Notes under the pieces: model-generated
Database searches by the model: none
What the model saw: the letters and a program-made list of their open reading frames with translations, nothing else
What the model was told of the DNA's origin: nothing
From: Octopus bimaculoides
Taxonomy: Eukaryota
Length of the DNA stretch: 63,994 nt
NCBI RefSeq assembly: GCF_001194135.2
Contig: NC_068986.1
Location: 114,282,467 to 114,346,460 of the forward strand
Direction of reading: 5' to 3'
Translations under genes and position numbers: made by a program
In this document: positions 39,261 to 52,838 of the stretch, piece after piece
Numbering within the stretch: the first letter of the stretch is position 1
Layout: every line of letters starts with the position of its first letter

Positions 39261-40289
39261 AAAGTCTAGTAGATTTTCACTGATGACAAGCTTTCCCATT
39301 TTTTCCTTTTTTCCTGTTGCTGTATTGTAATACTGTAATATATCATTACCGTTTGATGTTGACTGAACGTAATACAAATTATGTTCTCTTTTACGAGCTT
39401 TTTCATGTTTTCGGCTTTTGTTTTTGTTTTGTTTTCTTTTTTCTTTTTTTGTTTCTTGGTTTTTATTTTTTGCAGTTTCATAATTCTAGATTGTTTTATT
39501 AGTTTTATGTTATCAAAAAGCCATAAACAGATCACAACATGTGTTATATCTAATCATGAGCTAACACTAATAACATATGAATGAAATACAAGAATTAAAA
39601 CCTCATCATTCTGAAACTAGAAGACTGTATTCCATGGAATATACTTCACATGAGCATTATGATATATACCCATATAATAAGGCAAGTGGAGAGCAATCAC
39701 CTTGTCGTACACATGATGAAAATAACAATTAAATTTCTCCCAGATCATGCTCTAATGTATTTAAAGAAATCGGACACAGTAGTCGATGTTGATAATTGGT
39801 AAGCAACAGAACGTTCACACTTGAAAATTCTTTTGATTATAAGTCTCCTCGTTCAGGGCAGTCTTGTGGCTAAACAACAAGGAATTGTGAGGCAACTATG
39901 ACAGTTCTAAGCATGTAAAGTCGGATTCGACATGTTATATCAGACACACAAATATGACATACTGTCGTTGAGTTTACAACAATGATCTGTTGCAGCCCTG
40001 TAGAACACAAAACAAAACTAGACAGAAAAATGTGGCTTAATAACACAGCATATTTAGGATTCTCAACAAATTTTAGAAGTTCCATTCATGGTAAAGTACA
40101 AAGGAAACATTTACACCGAAATTACTACATCCAAGTAACATACCAGAACAGAGTATAATTGCTAAAAGTAAGTTGAAATTAATAGTTAGAAACTGGAATC
40201 TGGTGATGAAGCGATATTTCTATGATATTGCTACTCACTATGAAAAGCAGTAACAAACACTAACAGCAACCGTCACATGAGGTTGAGTT

Positions 40290-41460
40290 CGAGTCTGCAT
40301 CAGTTGTCACATTTTACTGCGTTTCCTGCATCTCTATCTCTTTTGTACATCAGGTACTCGGTTGATATTTCCTGTTACTGGATTGCAAACGCATACATTT
40401 CGAAGTGGAAGGTAGTAATCCAGCTATTGGTCCGTGATAAACTACTTTCATGATCGATGTTACTATCATCACGGAGCTTTCTAGTAACATATCCCAGCAT
40501 CGTCTTCTGCTCGTATAGTCTCATCCTTTCATCTGATGATGCGTTGCGATAGATTCGTGCAATTCTTTGGGTATGTATTGGGTATGTTATCAGACAAAGA
40601 GTGTTGATGAAGGAGCTGCCTTCCAAGTTTTATGATGTTATCAGCCTCGTGTATACAAACTTTGTCAAGAGATGGACTTCGACACTTGGTGGTTAAAAGA
40701 TGTTGCCGAAGGGATATGATGCGACATCCAAAGGCGTTTTGGATCGACCTTAAGCCTCTTCCACCTTGTTTTCGTTTTAGGTAGAGGCGGTCTACGTCAC
40801 TGTTTATGTGGAAATTATGTGTGCTTGTTACTGTTTTTCAGGTGTTTACATCAATGGCTCGGATCTCATCAAGCAGCCCAAATGTTGGTATTACTACTGG
40901 CAAGTCAAACACATTATGGGCCATTGCTTTATTGAATGCACCGAGTTCTGAGGTCTAGATTTTCTTTATTCAGCCGTAATATTCATTAGTGACACGTGTT
41001 TTATTACAAGTGCAACTGTAAGATATATTTCCCTCCACCCCTAGATACCTGTAACATTCCTCGTCAGATACAGGGGAAACAGTCAAATCATTAATGGAGG
41101 TATTACTAGTCTGGTTTTTAGTTTTCCTCCTTTTCACAACCATGTAACAACATTTATCCTGACCAAACTCTAACCCCACATACATTGAGAATGTTGTAAC
41201 TAGGTCAAGGCTCTTTTCATCTCATGCATATTCCTTGCATAAAGTCTTAAGTCATCCACAAAGAAACAGTGTGTAATTTTGGTATTTCTGTTTCCTTGTG
41301 AACCAGTGAGATATCCTTCAGTTTTCCTTAACATGAATGACAAAGGGTTTACAGAAAATACAAAGAACATCACAGAGAGGCTGTCTCCTTGGAATATGCC
41401 TTTGCGATACTGTATTCTATCGGTGATAATACATTCACTCTTTTTGCTTAATTTCAAGAT
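40290..41460 (-). mobile_element. R4-clade retrotransposon RT fragment
   Basis: KGIFQGDSLS...THCFFVDDLRLYA; GLEFGQDKC; YRYLGV; HINSDVDRLYLKRKQGGRGL; FEMYAFAIQ*QEIST; CRL. Confidence 0.9.
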
Positions 41461-41564
41461 GGCGGCCCACGATGAAGTCAGGTCAGCTATGGCTTGACTA
41501 TTCTCACTGGAACTTTAGCAAGCTGAAGGGCTTCTAGCATCCATGAGTGGGGAACAGAGTCAAA

Positions 41565-42175
41565 GGCTGGGGCACTGCCGTGCAGGGTTTTGGTCGATTA
41601 AATTGATTCCAGGACCTATTTTTAAGCCTGGTTCTTATTTCATCGATCCCTTACGCCGAAAGTTAAGTTACTGACGTAAACAAGCTGACAGCAGTTGTCA
41701 AGTGATTGTAGGGGACAAACAGAAAGAGAAAGACAAACACACTGTAAATACATGTGAATTGTTGGCGATTTTTTTCCCTCCGTCTTCTTTTTCTCTTGCA
41801 CTTTCCTCTGTCTTCTCTTTCTGAAGAAGAGCTTTGCTCGAAACGTAAANNNNNNNNNNNNNNNNNNNNNNNNNNNNNNNNNNNNNNNNNNNNNNNNNNN
41901 NNNNNNNNNNNNNNNNNNNNNNNNNNNNNNNNNNNNNNNNNNNNNNNNNNNNNNNNNNNNNNNNNNNNNNNNNNNNNNNNNNNNNNNNNNNNNNNNNNNN
42001 NNTATATATGAATGTACGTAGGACGGGCTTCAGTTTCGGTCGACCAAAGTCACTTGCAAGGCTTTGGTAGGTCCCAGATTATAGCAGAAGAATCTTGCCT
42101 AAGGTGCTACACAGTAGGAGTGACTCTGGAATAATGTGGCTGGGAAGCAAACTCCTCACCACACAGCCACATATG
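41565..42175 (-). mobile_element. Family-C SINE (head 42010-42175, tail 41565-41745) split by a Penelope-like fragment and a gap
   Basis: Head is the reverse complement of the 31325-type sequence; tail is homologous to 55600-55800 and 24860-25030. Confidence 0.65.
41816..41849 (+). ncRNA. Minimal type-I hammerhead motif (family H2)
   Basis: TTT-CTGAAGA-A-GAGC-TTT-GCTC-GAAAC-GTA-AA, truncated by an N-gap. Confidence 0.6.
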
Positions 42176-42254
42176 TATGCAAGTACATGTGTGTGTGTGT
42201 GTGTGTGTGTGTCTGTGTGTGTGCGCGCGCGCGTACGTACGTGTGTGTGTATGT

Positions 42255-42560
42255 ATAAAAGGGTAAAGATTGTCATAAACGACCATTGGATTGCACCTTG
42301 AAAATTCCCCTCCGAGGCCCAAGTGTGGGCAAGGTGCTTTGTGGAAGCCCAGCAGTTGACCGTGCTTACCAGTTCCCCTTCTCCATGGCAACGCAGTTGT
42401 CCAAAGAAAAGGCAAATACCAATACTTTTTAGCAACATTGACGCCGCGGCGGCTCATTTCTACAGTTGAGTGAACCTGAGCAACGTGAAAATAGTCCGGT
42501 CCGGAAGTCAAACTAACAATTTCATGATTGTAAGCCCCACGCTCTAATTACTGAGCAATA
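42255..42560 (-). mobile_element. Degenerate tRNA/CORE-like SINE
   Basis: gctcatttctacagttgagtgaac.tgagcaacgtgaaa motif shared with 29460-29500. Confidence 0.55.
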
Positions 42561-42564
42561 TGGG

Positions 42565-43084
42565 AATTTATACATCTAACTTAACTTAAGCACGTAGGCT
42601 GTGGTAATCGTCTAGAGAACGCCGTAGGCTGCAGTAATCGTCTAGAGAAATCTTCTCGTCTAGACGTTAACTGCAAGAAAAGCATAGATTATATTGGCAG
42701 ATGAAACTGCGTCAGCACCGGCAGATGCGACTGTTGTGTCACGTGATTTCAGCATAATTTGCGCTTCATCAGCAACAGATATCCTACTCGTGAATGTCAG
42801 ATGGAAAACCACGCCGACTTTTTGCGATAGCACTGCTTAGCTGGTGTTAAACTATACCGGTTTGGCGGCGTTTTGATCTGGCATTTGGTGGTACGGCGTT
42901 AATGATGGAGCGCAAATTACGATGAAATCACGTGACACAACAGTCCCATCTGCTGGTGCTGACAAAATTTCGCATGCCAATGTAATGGGTGTTTTTTTTT
43001 TATTAGCAGTTAACGTCTATACAAGATAGCTTCACCGTAGCTTACGGCGTTTAAAACAACACATCTAAGTTGGATGTGTAAATT
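42565..43084. mobile_element. Fold-back MITE (~520 bp) with long imperfect inverted arms
   Basis: Inner arms 42711-42771 and 42903-42963 match 56/61; outer arms stay alignable to the AATTTA/TAAATT termini. Confidence 0.82.
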
Positions 43085-43359
43085 AATATTTGTTACAAAG
43101 GCTGCTTCCGCCGCTAATAGCTAATTTCTACACACACACACACACACACATACACATCTCTCTTTCTCTCTCCCTGTTCCTCTCTCTAGATTTATATATA
43201 TATATATATATAAATCACACACACACAAAATATACAGCACTATTAGAGTAGACTTGCCTCGATTCTGGACGAATTTAGACTTGTTCTATGTAGCCCATGT
43301 CTCTATATCCCCACCACACATATTCATGTATAATTGCTTGTGTATGTGTGCGTGCGCGC

Positions 43360-43398
<39 letters not shown>

Positions 43399-45037
43399 GT
43401 TATATATGTACTTACATGCATACATACATACATAAATTCTTATGTACAGCTATACATATTTATGCTAAATGCAAATATTTTTTAAATATATATATATATA
43501 CACGAAATGTTCTCTCTTCTTAATCACTGTCGCTCTTTCTCTCATTCACTCTCTCTGACTATTTTCCTCATTCTCGTTCTGTCCAACGATCTGTCTGTAG
43601 TTTTGTGTGTCCATACACACAATGAATATATGACATCCTATTAAAACACACAGTTAAAAAATAGATTTAAGAACTGTGGTGCAAGGTCAGTGTGAAGTGG
43701 GATAGCATTTCCTACAGAAACCTTTATATTGACAGGAAACTAATTGGAAGACGTATGACCTGCAATTTCAGGAAAGGTCATATTTTCGGTTCCAGCATTC
43801 TTTGGCTTTTGTTCAGTAACATACATATATTCGTTTTTACATATACACACGCAGATACACACTCCCCCAGCCAACACATACGCTTATACGTCTCAAACAC
43901 ACACCACACTACCACACATGTATATGTAGGATTGTGTATATGTATATACATATATAAATGGAGTATATACACACACACATATATGTGTGCGTCCGCGCTC
44001 GCGCGCGCGCGTGTGTGTGTGGATGTATGGTAGGGTAAGTGGGTGTATATGTGTGTAAGGTAAGTATATATTTAAGAAAGTGTCTTCCTCACTTTTCAAA
44101 AAGAAAGAATTATTTTTATACGCAAACATATGCGCACGTACATACATACATACATGCATACATATATACGTGCATACCTACATGCGTAAACACATATATA
44201 CGTGAGTGTGTATGTGTGTGTATGTGTGTGTATGTGTGTGTGTGTGTGTCTATATATGCGTCTAGATGTATATGCTGATATACATGCATATTCATATATG
44301 GTGTGTATACATTTATATAATCACATACTTATATATTCATATAAAAATATATAACCGTTTGCCAGTTTATACTTACGGCGCATACATCTTCCTTATAATA
44401 GAATGTGACTAAACACCTTTGAAGTATGTGAATTAAGGCAAACATACGTTCACAGACACATACACATACATACACATATGTACATAGATAGACAGATATG
44501 TGAACGAAAATTGTCAAGCGTCACTGGCAAGCGAGTATAACATTGTAACGTGTACCATGGTTTCGCTAATTGTGTTAGATGTGTATGTATTAGCGACAGA
44601 CATAGACCCACTTTCGGCCGTCATTCCATTGACCCAGTGGAACATTTAGGTGGTTACAGCTCCAGGGAGGGCCGGCTGCGCCAGCTGTTATTTGGTATTC
44701 AGTTAAAACGGAGTAGATTGGAGTAACACGAAAAGTTTGCCTTGCTCAAGGACACACGCGCCATCCTGGCCTGGAAACGAATATCTTCATGTGGTTAAAA
44801 GAGATAGGTAGATACATACGTGCATACGTGCATGTATGCATGCATATCTATCTGTCTGTCTATCTATCTATATTATATATTATATCATATACAGTCACCC
44901 GTTTTTAAGGTTAATGCACTGTGCTCACGGCCTTTAAGTATATGTAATTCTACAGATGTATCATGTCGCTTTCTCTCTCTATCTCTCTCGTTCTCTTTCT
45001 TTATACATATATGTGTGTGTGTGTGTGTACATATATG

Positions 45038-45110
<73 letters not shown>

Positions 45111-45138
45111 GCATTATGTATACATATATATATTTATT

Positions 45139-45189
<51 letters not shown>

Positions 45190-45763
45190 GTGTTCTTTTA
45201 TTTTCTCTTTATTCTACCTTTCTCGTTCCCATGAAGGACGTATGCGCGAAACATTTTCATTTCTCTGAGTTAAACAAATAGCAATCACTTTTATCTCGCC
45301 CCTTTTTCTTTACACACATACATACCTACATTCATAAATACACGCACACACCAACATATTCATATGCACAGAAAATATAGAGTGGGAAATAATATTGGGT
45401 ATGCATATGGCTATAATCATATACATGCATGTATGTATACGTATATGTATGTGTATGTATATGTATATTTTTATCTATATGTTTGTATTCAAAAACCTCT
45501 CTGTGTGTGCGTGTGTGTGTGCGTGTGCGTGCGCATGTGTGTACACCGTAGCGAACTGTTGTTGTATTACGCTTTCAAAAGCCAGTCTTCTTTATCGTTA
45601 GAATTCATATCGAAAAACCAACGCAAGCCATTTATATGCATTTAGTCCCAATAGTTCCAGTAATTCCACTGTAGTTCTTTATGTTCAAAACTGTGGTCGA
45701 ATGACAAATTTCGGATTACATTTGCCATAAGAATTTAAATCCTAGTCTAGTTAATGTCGTCAT

Positions 45764-45845
<82 letters not shown>

Positions 45846-46619
45846 CACATATATATACATAGACGTACATAGTGCTTACTAGCGTGCATATATATAGTTG
45901 AATAATACAGTATTCATCTCTCTCTCTCTCTCTCTCTCTCTACATATATATAATTACAATTTTCTTTCGGAAAACATAGATAACGTAGAAGTGCTCAAGT
46001 CGAACCCAAGGCGCTAGACAAGTATAATAGATACAATTGGAATGTTTCAAATCGAGCTGGCTACGATTAACACATACATATACGGATTTAATTAGTCCAA
46101 TCTGAAACATATATTGATATATCAAAAATATAAAAATATAGAAATACAAAAATGTATGAATACTAAAAATATACATGGACATATCGATATATAGATATGT
46201 AAACATAATAATAATAGAATATAGATTAAAAATAATGAAAAATAGAAAAAAGACGTTTTTTAGAAAATTCAAAATATAATATAGAGAAAGTAATTGGCAT
46301 TGAAAAGAGTTTTGGTTAACATGTTAGAGGAAAATAAGGTGTTCCAACGATCATTTCAGGAGTACATTCGTGCAGATTACATGTGAATCTTAAGATTCAT
46401 TTCCAAGGAATGCCCCCACCATTAGAGGAAAATAGTGTTTAAGCTAGACATGGATTTAGTCAGTTACAAGGTATAAGATAATTTTATGCTTTATAGAAGA
46501 GCGAATAAACCTATGCAAATTATGGAAATTTTTATGATGGCTGATGGGAGAAAAATTAGATTGATTACTGACTTTCTTAAAATTTATATTTGTATTGGCG
46601 ATATATTGTTGTGCAACAG

Positions 46620-47700
46620 AAAATATTGCTAAGTGGGTTCGAATTTGAATCGTCTCATGAAAGTTGAATTGTATCTATGATTGCAGGAATGAATAGCATC
46701 AGAAAACTTATTTAAAGCAGTGGAATTAGACATAGGAAGGATAATTTAGGATTCTTTTTATGCACAATTGACATCTGTCGGTAATCGTATTGTATGGTGA
46801 GGCCTCATCGATGATTGTTCAGTAATTTCAAGTTGTGTATGTAGCTGGCTAACGCCGTAGAATTTTTATGTTTTAACTTATTAAAGGAGTTTCGTTTTTT
46901 GAAGTCTTTAGTGCTTCCTATGTATACCCTAACTTGATGTTTATCGTTTGTCACTGTACACGTATAGATTACCTTTTTGCGTAGACATAAACCCGCAAGC
47001 GGACATAATTCAGAGGCCCTACATTTACACGTTTTTGCGTTTCTATCTATAATTTTTTAATTATTAATATTATTTGGACTCGTATGGGGTATCCTATAAT
47101 GATCTACGCTTTTAGTTGTTTGGAGTTGAATTTTATTTCTGTTTGTAGATGCGATAATTGAAGCCAAATTAGGTGTGGTAGAGTAAGATGATTTTATAGA
47201 ATGTTTATTAACTATAGGATAGTATTTATGGTGATTGGGGAAATTTAGCTTGAGAATCTTGAAGAACTGTTTTGATAGATTTTTGACTCTAAGAAAAAAT
47301 GGTGGAGTGAAACAAATAATTTGTCTTTTCCTAGATTTAGAGTGTGTTACCCCATCAGAGTGTTCAGATATAGGTGAACTATATTTATTATGATTACTGG
47401 CATTGCGATTGTAAAATCTAATACGGTTAACAACAAGTTTTCTTATAGGTTTATAATTCAAGGAGGGGATCATTTTAGTCGTATCAGAATTACTGTGAGC
47501 TGTTAAATTAGCTTATTTGGTTTTGAGTTTGGTGTCAGGGATGTAGAAAATATGGTCATGAAAGCCGCTTAATTTTAAGGGCATGAGAAACAAATATGCT
47601 TTGATATACACAGTATGAAAATACGACTTACTAATAGTTTCGAGCATTAGAAACACGAATCTTGGCAAGTTTTTTATAACATGTCTTGTGTCTCCAAGCA
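46620..47700 (-). mobile_element. Penelope-like element 3' remnant (linker and GIY-YIG)
   Basis: RKRQIICFTPPF...FPNHHKY...KSSYSTTPNLASII; CPLAGLCLRKKVIYTCTV...VYIGST; STALASY; CQLC. Confidence 0.85.
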
Positions 47701-48849
47701 ATTATGAAACTTTGAGCACATGGCAACGAGAATACTGGAACCAGAGAAATCACGAGAAAAATCGAGAAATCACGAGAAAAATCGAGAAGGTAGATGCAAA
47801 AAGTGGAAGGGTGAAAAAAAGGAAAAAGAAAAATTAATTGAGATAGATAGAGTTAATTGAGTCAGATGACGCTAGCTACGATTAAATCTTAGAAGTCACT
47901 TCGACATATACTTTGTGTTGTATGAATTTTTTTTTTCGGATGTCTCAATCTGTTCTATCTCTTCCACACAACTTTTTTCTAGTTTTATCATCTTTAGCAA
48001 AAGTTTTCCATTCAGATTTTCATACGAGTCTCTGATAGTTTGTTTTGAACAGTAAATTACCCAAATCCCCTTTCCACATTACTAGACATTCACACTCTCA
48101 TTTTCAGGACGAAATGATGTTGGCCTGTGTTACTGCCATTTTATAATCTATGTAATTCATGCAAACATTATTAATAGAATTGAAGTTTTGACTGCTTTCT
48201 CAATCGTCCGTCACTTGTTTACGTTTTATTGTGACTAAAGTATGCTGTATGCGTTATCTTCTCACCGTTATAAGTATTTCTTCAATCGATGTTTGTCAAT
48301 TTTTGTGAGGAATTTTCCTACCAATGGCTAACACAAACTCATAAAATATTTTAACAACCCAATAACTATAGCATGTTAACACCAACAAGTTCTTGTAGCA
48401 AGTATTAACGCAGATATGTCATTTCACCAATTAAATCATGACACCACTCCTACGTAGATTTTTACAGATATATATATATATATAAACATATATATGAGAA
48501 TATATATATATATACATATAAATTGAAATATAACATACAGATTGTGATAGATAGATAGATAAATAGATAGATAGATAGATATTATATGTATACAGCCAAA
48601 TATATATATAGGTGTGTGTATATTGTCACGTGTGTGTATGCATTTATATATGTATATATAGTTTAGTTGAGTTACAAGAGATAAGGATTGTTCAGTAGTG
48701 TGTGTGAGGATGCATTTCATTAGGGCAATTCTGATAAGCAAGATTGGAGATGAATGTATTTAAAACTTTACATTTGATGTCATTCAGTGATATAGCAGAC
48801 TTACCCACACCTTTTCACAATTTACATAAATCTTTATCTCCCTCTTTAG

Positions 48850-49040
48850 CATTACCATATGAAGACGTCATCTAAATAGGTGTATGTGCCATCCCACTCG
48901 TTTTCACGAATAAGGATTTCTGTAATTCGTTGGAATACAATAGCATCGCTTATAAAACAAGCTAAGACTTTTGAACTGGCACAATTTTCTGTCTGCCTCG
49001 GAAGAGGTAAATACTTTGTCTCCAGAATATAACGAAACAC
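48850..49040 (-). mobile_element. Ty3/gypsy RT remnant
   Basis: VFQRITEILI...GTYTYLDDVFIW (FQR...YLDD); may extend to ~49500. Confidence 0.55.
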
Positions 49041-50161
49041 AATGGTAAACGTTACGATAGCTGTGAATATCTTTTAAGGAGGTGTTTTGTTAACTTGCCT
49101 CAGTTGGGCAGCAAATAAGCTTGAATTTATTAGTAGTGTATTAAAAGTCTTCATCTATAAACCCATGTTTTGTTTTTTTTTTGTACCCACCCGATCATGT
49201 CCTCTATGGACATTCTATTTATTTATGATTGAATAAACACAATCTCGGAGTTTAACTAACATAATATAAATTTGGTAAAAGATTTGAGAAAAATCTGGCG
49301 TTGCTTCACTGACCATCAATTTAACTTGTCAATGAATGTATACGTTTTTAGCGCGGTAACGGCATCGTTCGTAGGTAACGTGCTGAGGGATACTTTTGCA
49401 TTTGGTGGAGATGGGCGACTGAATTTGCGAGAAATCTGAGACAGAAATCACCATTTCTTCCAAATCTAGTTTTATGTGTTGCAAAAACCGATTTGAAGTC
49501 ACATGAAACCCCACTGGTTTCTGGATTATAGTCCATGTTCGACACCACTAAATACAGCTTGTTAAACGGAAAAATATCGGCAGAAACAAATTGCTTTATA
49601 AAGACAGCTTTCATTCATTAAACTTTCTAGTGACATAGCAACTGGAAACAAAGTAAATTTTAAAAGGCATTAACAGCAAACTGTTGGGCAAAATCTCATG
49701 AAAATTCAACCATTTATTATTGTTGCAATAACATTTATTTGACGTTTGGAGGAGACCCTCACTGCCACAGAAATAAAGCACTAAGCTTGTGTACACATTG
49801 TTAAGAGCGAACTGAGTCGTAAGAGTTTCGGAATCCAGGTCAGAATGTATTTCTTTCGGATTTCTACTCTAAAAGTTGAAATATGTACACACACACACAC
49901 ATTTATATGTATGTATGTATAGATGGATATATGTATACGGAGACAGATGCATTTAAGTCTATTTTTATTCGATATTGTTTTGTCGACTAAGTAAGTGGAA
50001 TGAACAACGCCACTGGGATTTAAGCGATATAAACTTCAAAACAGGGACGTAATATACACATAGAGACATTATATTGTATTCATGTTTATAATACATGACG
50101 GTATTAATACATACAAATAGGTGCGTATGGGGAAACAAAGGGGGCGACGAGGACGAGGGGA

Positions 50162-50186
50162 CCGGAAACGAGCGGAAGTGACGTCA
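50162..50186 (+). promoter_or_regulatory. ETS-CRE composite element in a small CpG-rich island; candidate promoter
   Basis: GCGGAAGTGACGTCA at 50172-50186 (ETS site overlapping a perfect CRE), extra CCGGAA at 50162; about 14 CpGs in 50123-50223 within AT-rich surroundings. Confidence 0.55.
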
Positions 50187-50954
50187 CGTCAAGAAGCCGG
50201 GTCTTCGAATAGCCGAAGCGCCGAAGTCTTAATTTAATGTTGTGTGCTAAAGAATTGGAAGCAAGATGTGTAGAAAGAGAATGCAAAGATTCCTGAAGTT
50301 TCAAAAGTAAAATATGAAAGAAATTAATGTAAATACCATATTATTTCAACGAAAAGAGTCTAAGTATCAGTAAGTAAGAAACTACGAAATTTGTTTAAAA
50401 TCTTTTTATCTAAGATAAAAAGAAATAATAGATTTAAAGTACATTCACATAAAGTATAATATCCATATAAACAAGAAATAGAAGCTGACGCTCAGGTGGA
50501 ATAGCAGTTCATGGTTTCTAGACATTCCTCAAAACGTTTCAGTTCACAAAATGCCATGTTTTTATGTCTTCTTTTTTTATGTGTTTTGTCTATTTGTCTT
50601 TTCTAGGCGTTTATATGTCTTGTGTTTGCATGAGTAGGTGCGCGAGCGCACGTGTGTGTGTGTGTGCATGTGTGTGTGTATGTGTGCGTGTGTGTGTGTC
50701 TGTGTTGCTTTGTCCGCACACGTTCGCTATTAGATATGTTGCATAGCACAATGCTATTCGAAGCATTGCATATTAGAACGTTTTTTGTTTATATGAATGT
50801 GCATATGTCTAGTTGCGAATGTTCGGCTGCGTTTGCTTATGCCCGCGTACTAATTTTTAGGTCTCTCTTCTCTTGATGAAGGAGAAATGATTTTTTCCGT
50901 GTAAATAAAGAAGCGAATCCTTCAGTTGTCACGGTTCCAGGACCAAGAAGTTGA

Positions 50955-50996
<42 letters not shown>

Positions 50997-52223
50997 ATAT
51001 CCCATCAGTATTTAACCACATAAAAATGTACTATCAATCAGTCTTTTAGCACTGATTAAGCCATTCCGCACTAATGAGGTCAAATAAGGCCGGAACATCA
51101 GCAATTGTCGCCACACTTGTCAAAAATCAAACTCACTACAGCAAGAACACATTCAGTTTATAAGAAATTTTAGTTAAATTTGAATTCCTAAGCAGCCTTC
51201 TCTGCATTTTTAATGACAAATCAAAACATTAAGCAAGTGAATTTTCTATAGGTGCAGGTTTAATTAACTACACTTTTTTTTACATTCTTGTACTTTAACA
51301 ATAAGCATAATTAATAGATAATCTATAGCTTCGTAATCACATGGTCCGGTGTTCGATACCAATGCGTGCTATTTCATTATAATTTTGGGTCGAACTAAAT
51401 ATTGTGAATGAAAGTGAGTAAAAGGAAATTGTTTGGAATATCGTTGGATGGACGACACGTGTATTTCAAAGGTGTTGTCCTACCATATACTTAGTCATGC
51501 CGAGTCTCTCTGATATTTCAATGTTAAGGTACAGAGGACTTTGTAAGCGGGACTTTGCTTTATTCAGCCACTTTACACGCTTAATCAAGGAGTGGATCAT
51601 TCAGTTGATCGAACAATTGGAGGATTCATCGTCGAATTGACGATGATCCATTTACTTTTAACTTAAGTACTTTCGTACCTAGTTAAATAGTTGAATCTCT
51701 GTGACCAAGAGAGTGTTCGTTTTTCTAAGAACCATGTTTGGTCATTCCCTTAATAAATTGTTACGATTGAAAAAGGGGGAAGAGATAAAGTGAGATCTTG
51801 TTTCTTGTCTACAAATGAATGTGTGTGTGTATGGATAAATAGGTGTGCGAGTATGTGTACATACATACGCACACATGCACACACGAATACACACACACAC
51901 ACACACACACATGCATGTATGGAAATGCAAACACTTACAAGCTATATTATAGTATCTGACGTCTCCTGTCCCCAATTTTAAATGTCAGGTGTGAGAAATA
52001 TGTTCCACAGGTAAAAAAACAAAATACTTCAAGCTTAGTGTAAGCACATTATATACCTACATAAACGCACACAAACACAAACGCACACAAACACACAAAC
52101 ACACATAGATACATACACATATGTATTTGTATGCATGCATGCATTTGTGTATGTGTGTGTTTGTATAATATATATATACATGCACACATATACACACATA
52201 TATATCTATATATATCCACAGAC

Positions 52224-52314
<91 letters not shown>
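52224..52314. repeat. (GATA)n microsatellite (others at ~6790, 18272, 32362)
   Basis: Directly visible. Confidence 0.95.
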
Positions 52315-52315
<1 letters not shown>

Positions 52316-52619
52316 GTATATATATTATATATCCATGTCTATTTGTACTTATATATATATATATTCATACACACATACTTATACGCACAGAGAAAGACAA
52401 TTGATGTTTGTGCATGTCAGTATACATGTGTGTGTGTGTGTGTTGGTGTGTGAATATGTGTTTCTGTCTGTGTGTCACCGGGAGATTCCATTCAGGTCGG
52501 CCTCTATAATGTCAAGCAGTTTTCATGTCTACACAACTAGATTTATTCCGTGGCGACAATGTTATTTTCAATGCTACCCTCCCCTCCTTCACTTCTCTGC
52601 CTCTTCCTACTCTCCTTTT

Positions 52620-52795
52620 ATTATCATAACCACAACTCCGACCACCACCCATACCACTTCCACCACGGCTATGAACATCACTATCAAAACAATCATCACT
52701 ATCGCCAACATTACGTATATTGCTACCCATTCTCACTACCTCCAACTCCATGACCATAAGAAGCTTAATCATCATCATCATCATCATCATCATCG

Positions 52796-52838
<43 letters not shown>

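Noticed and set aside
39725-39805. Candidate 55-nt exon (TTTCTCCCAG...TTG|GTAAGC, reading HALMYLKKSDTVVDVDN)
   Set aside because: Signals this short occur often by chance, and no partner exons or known motif were found.
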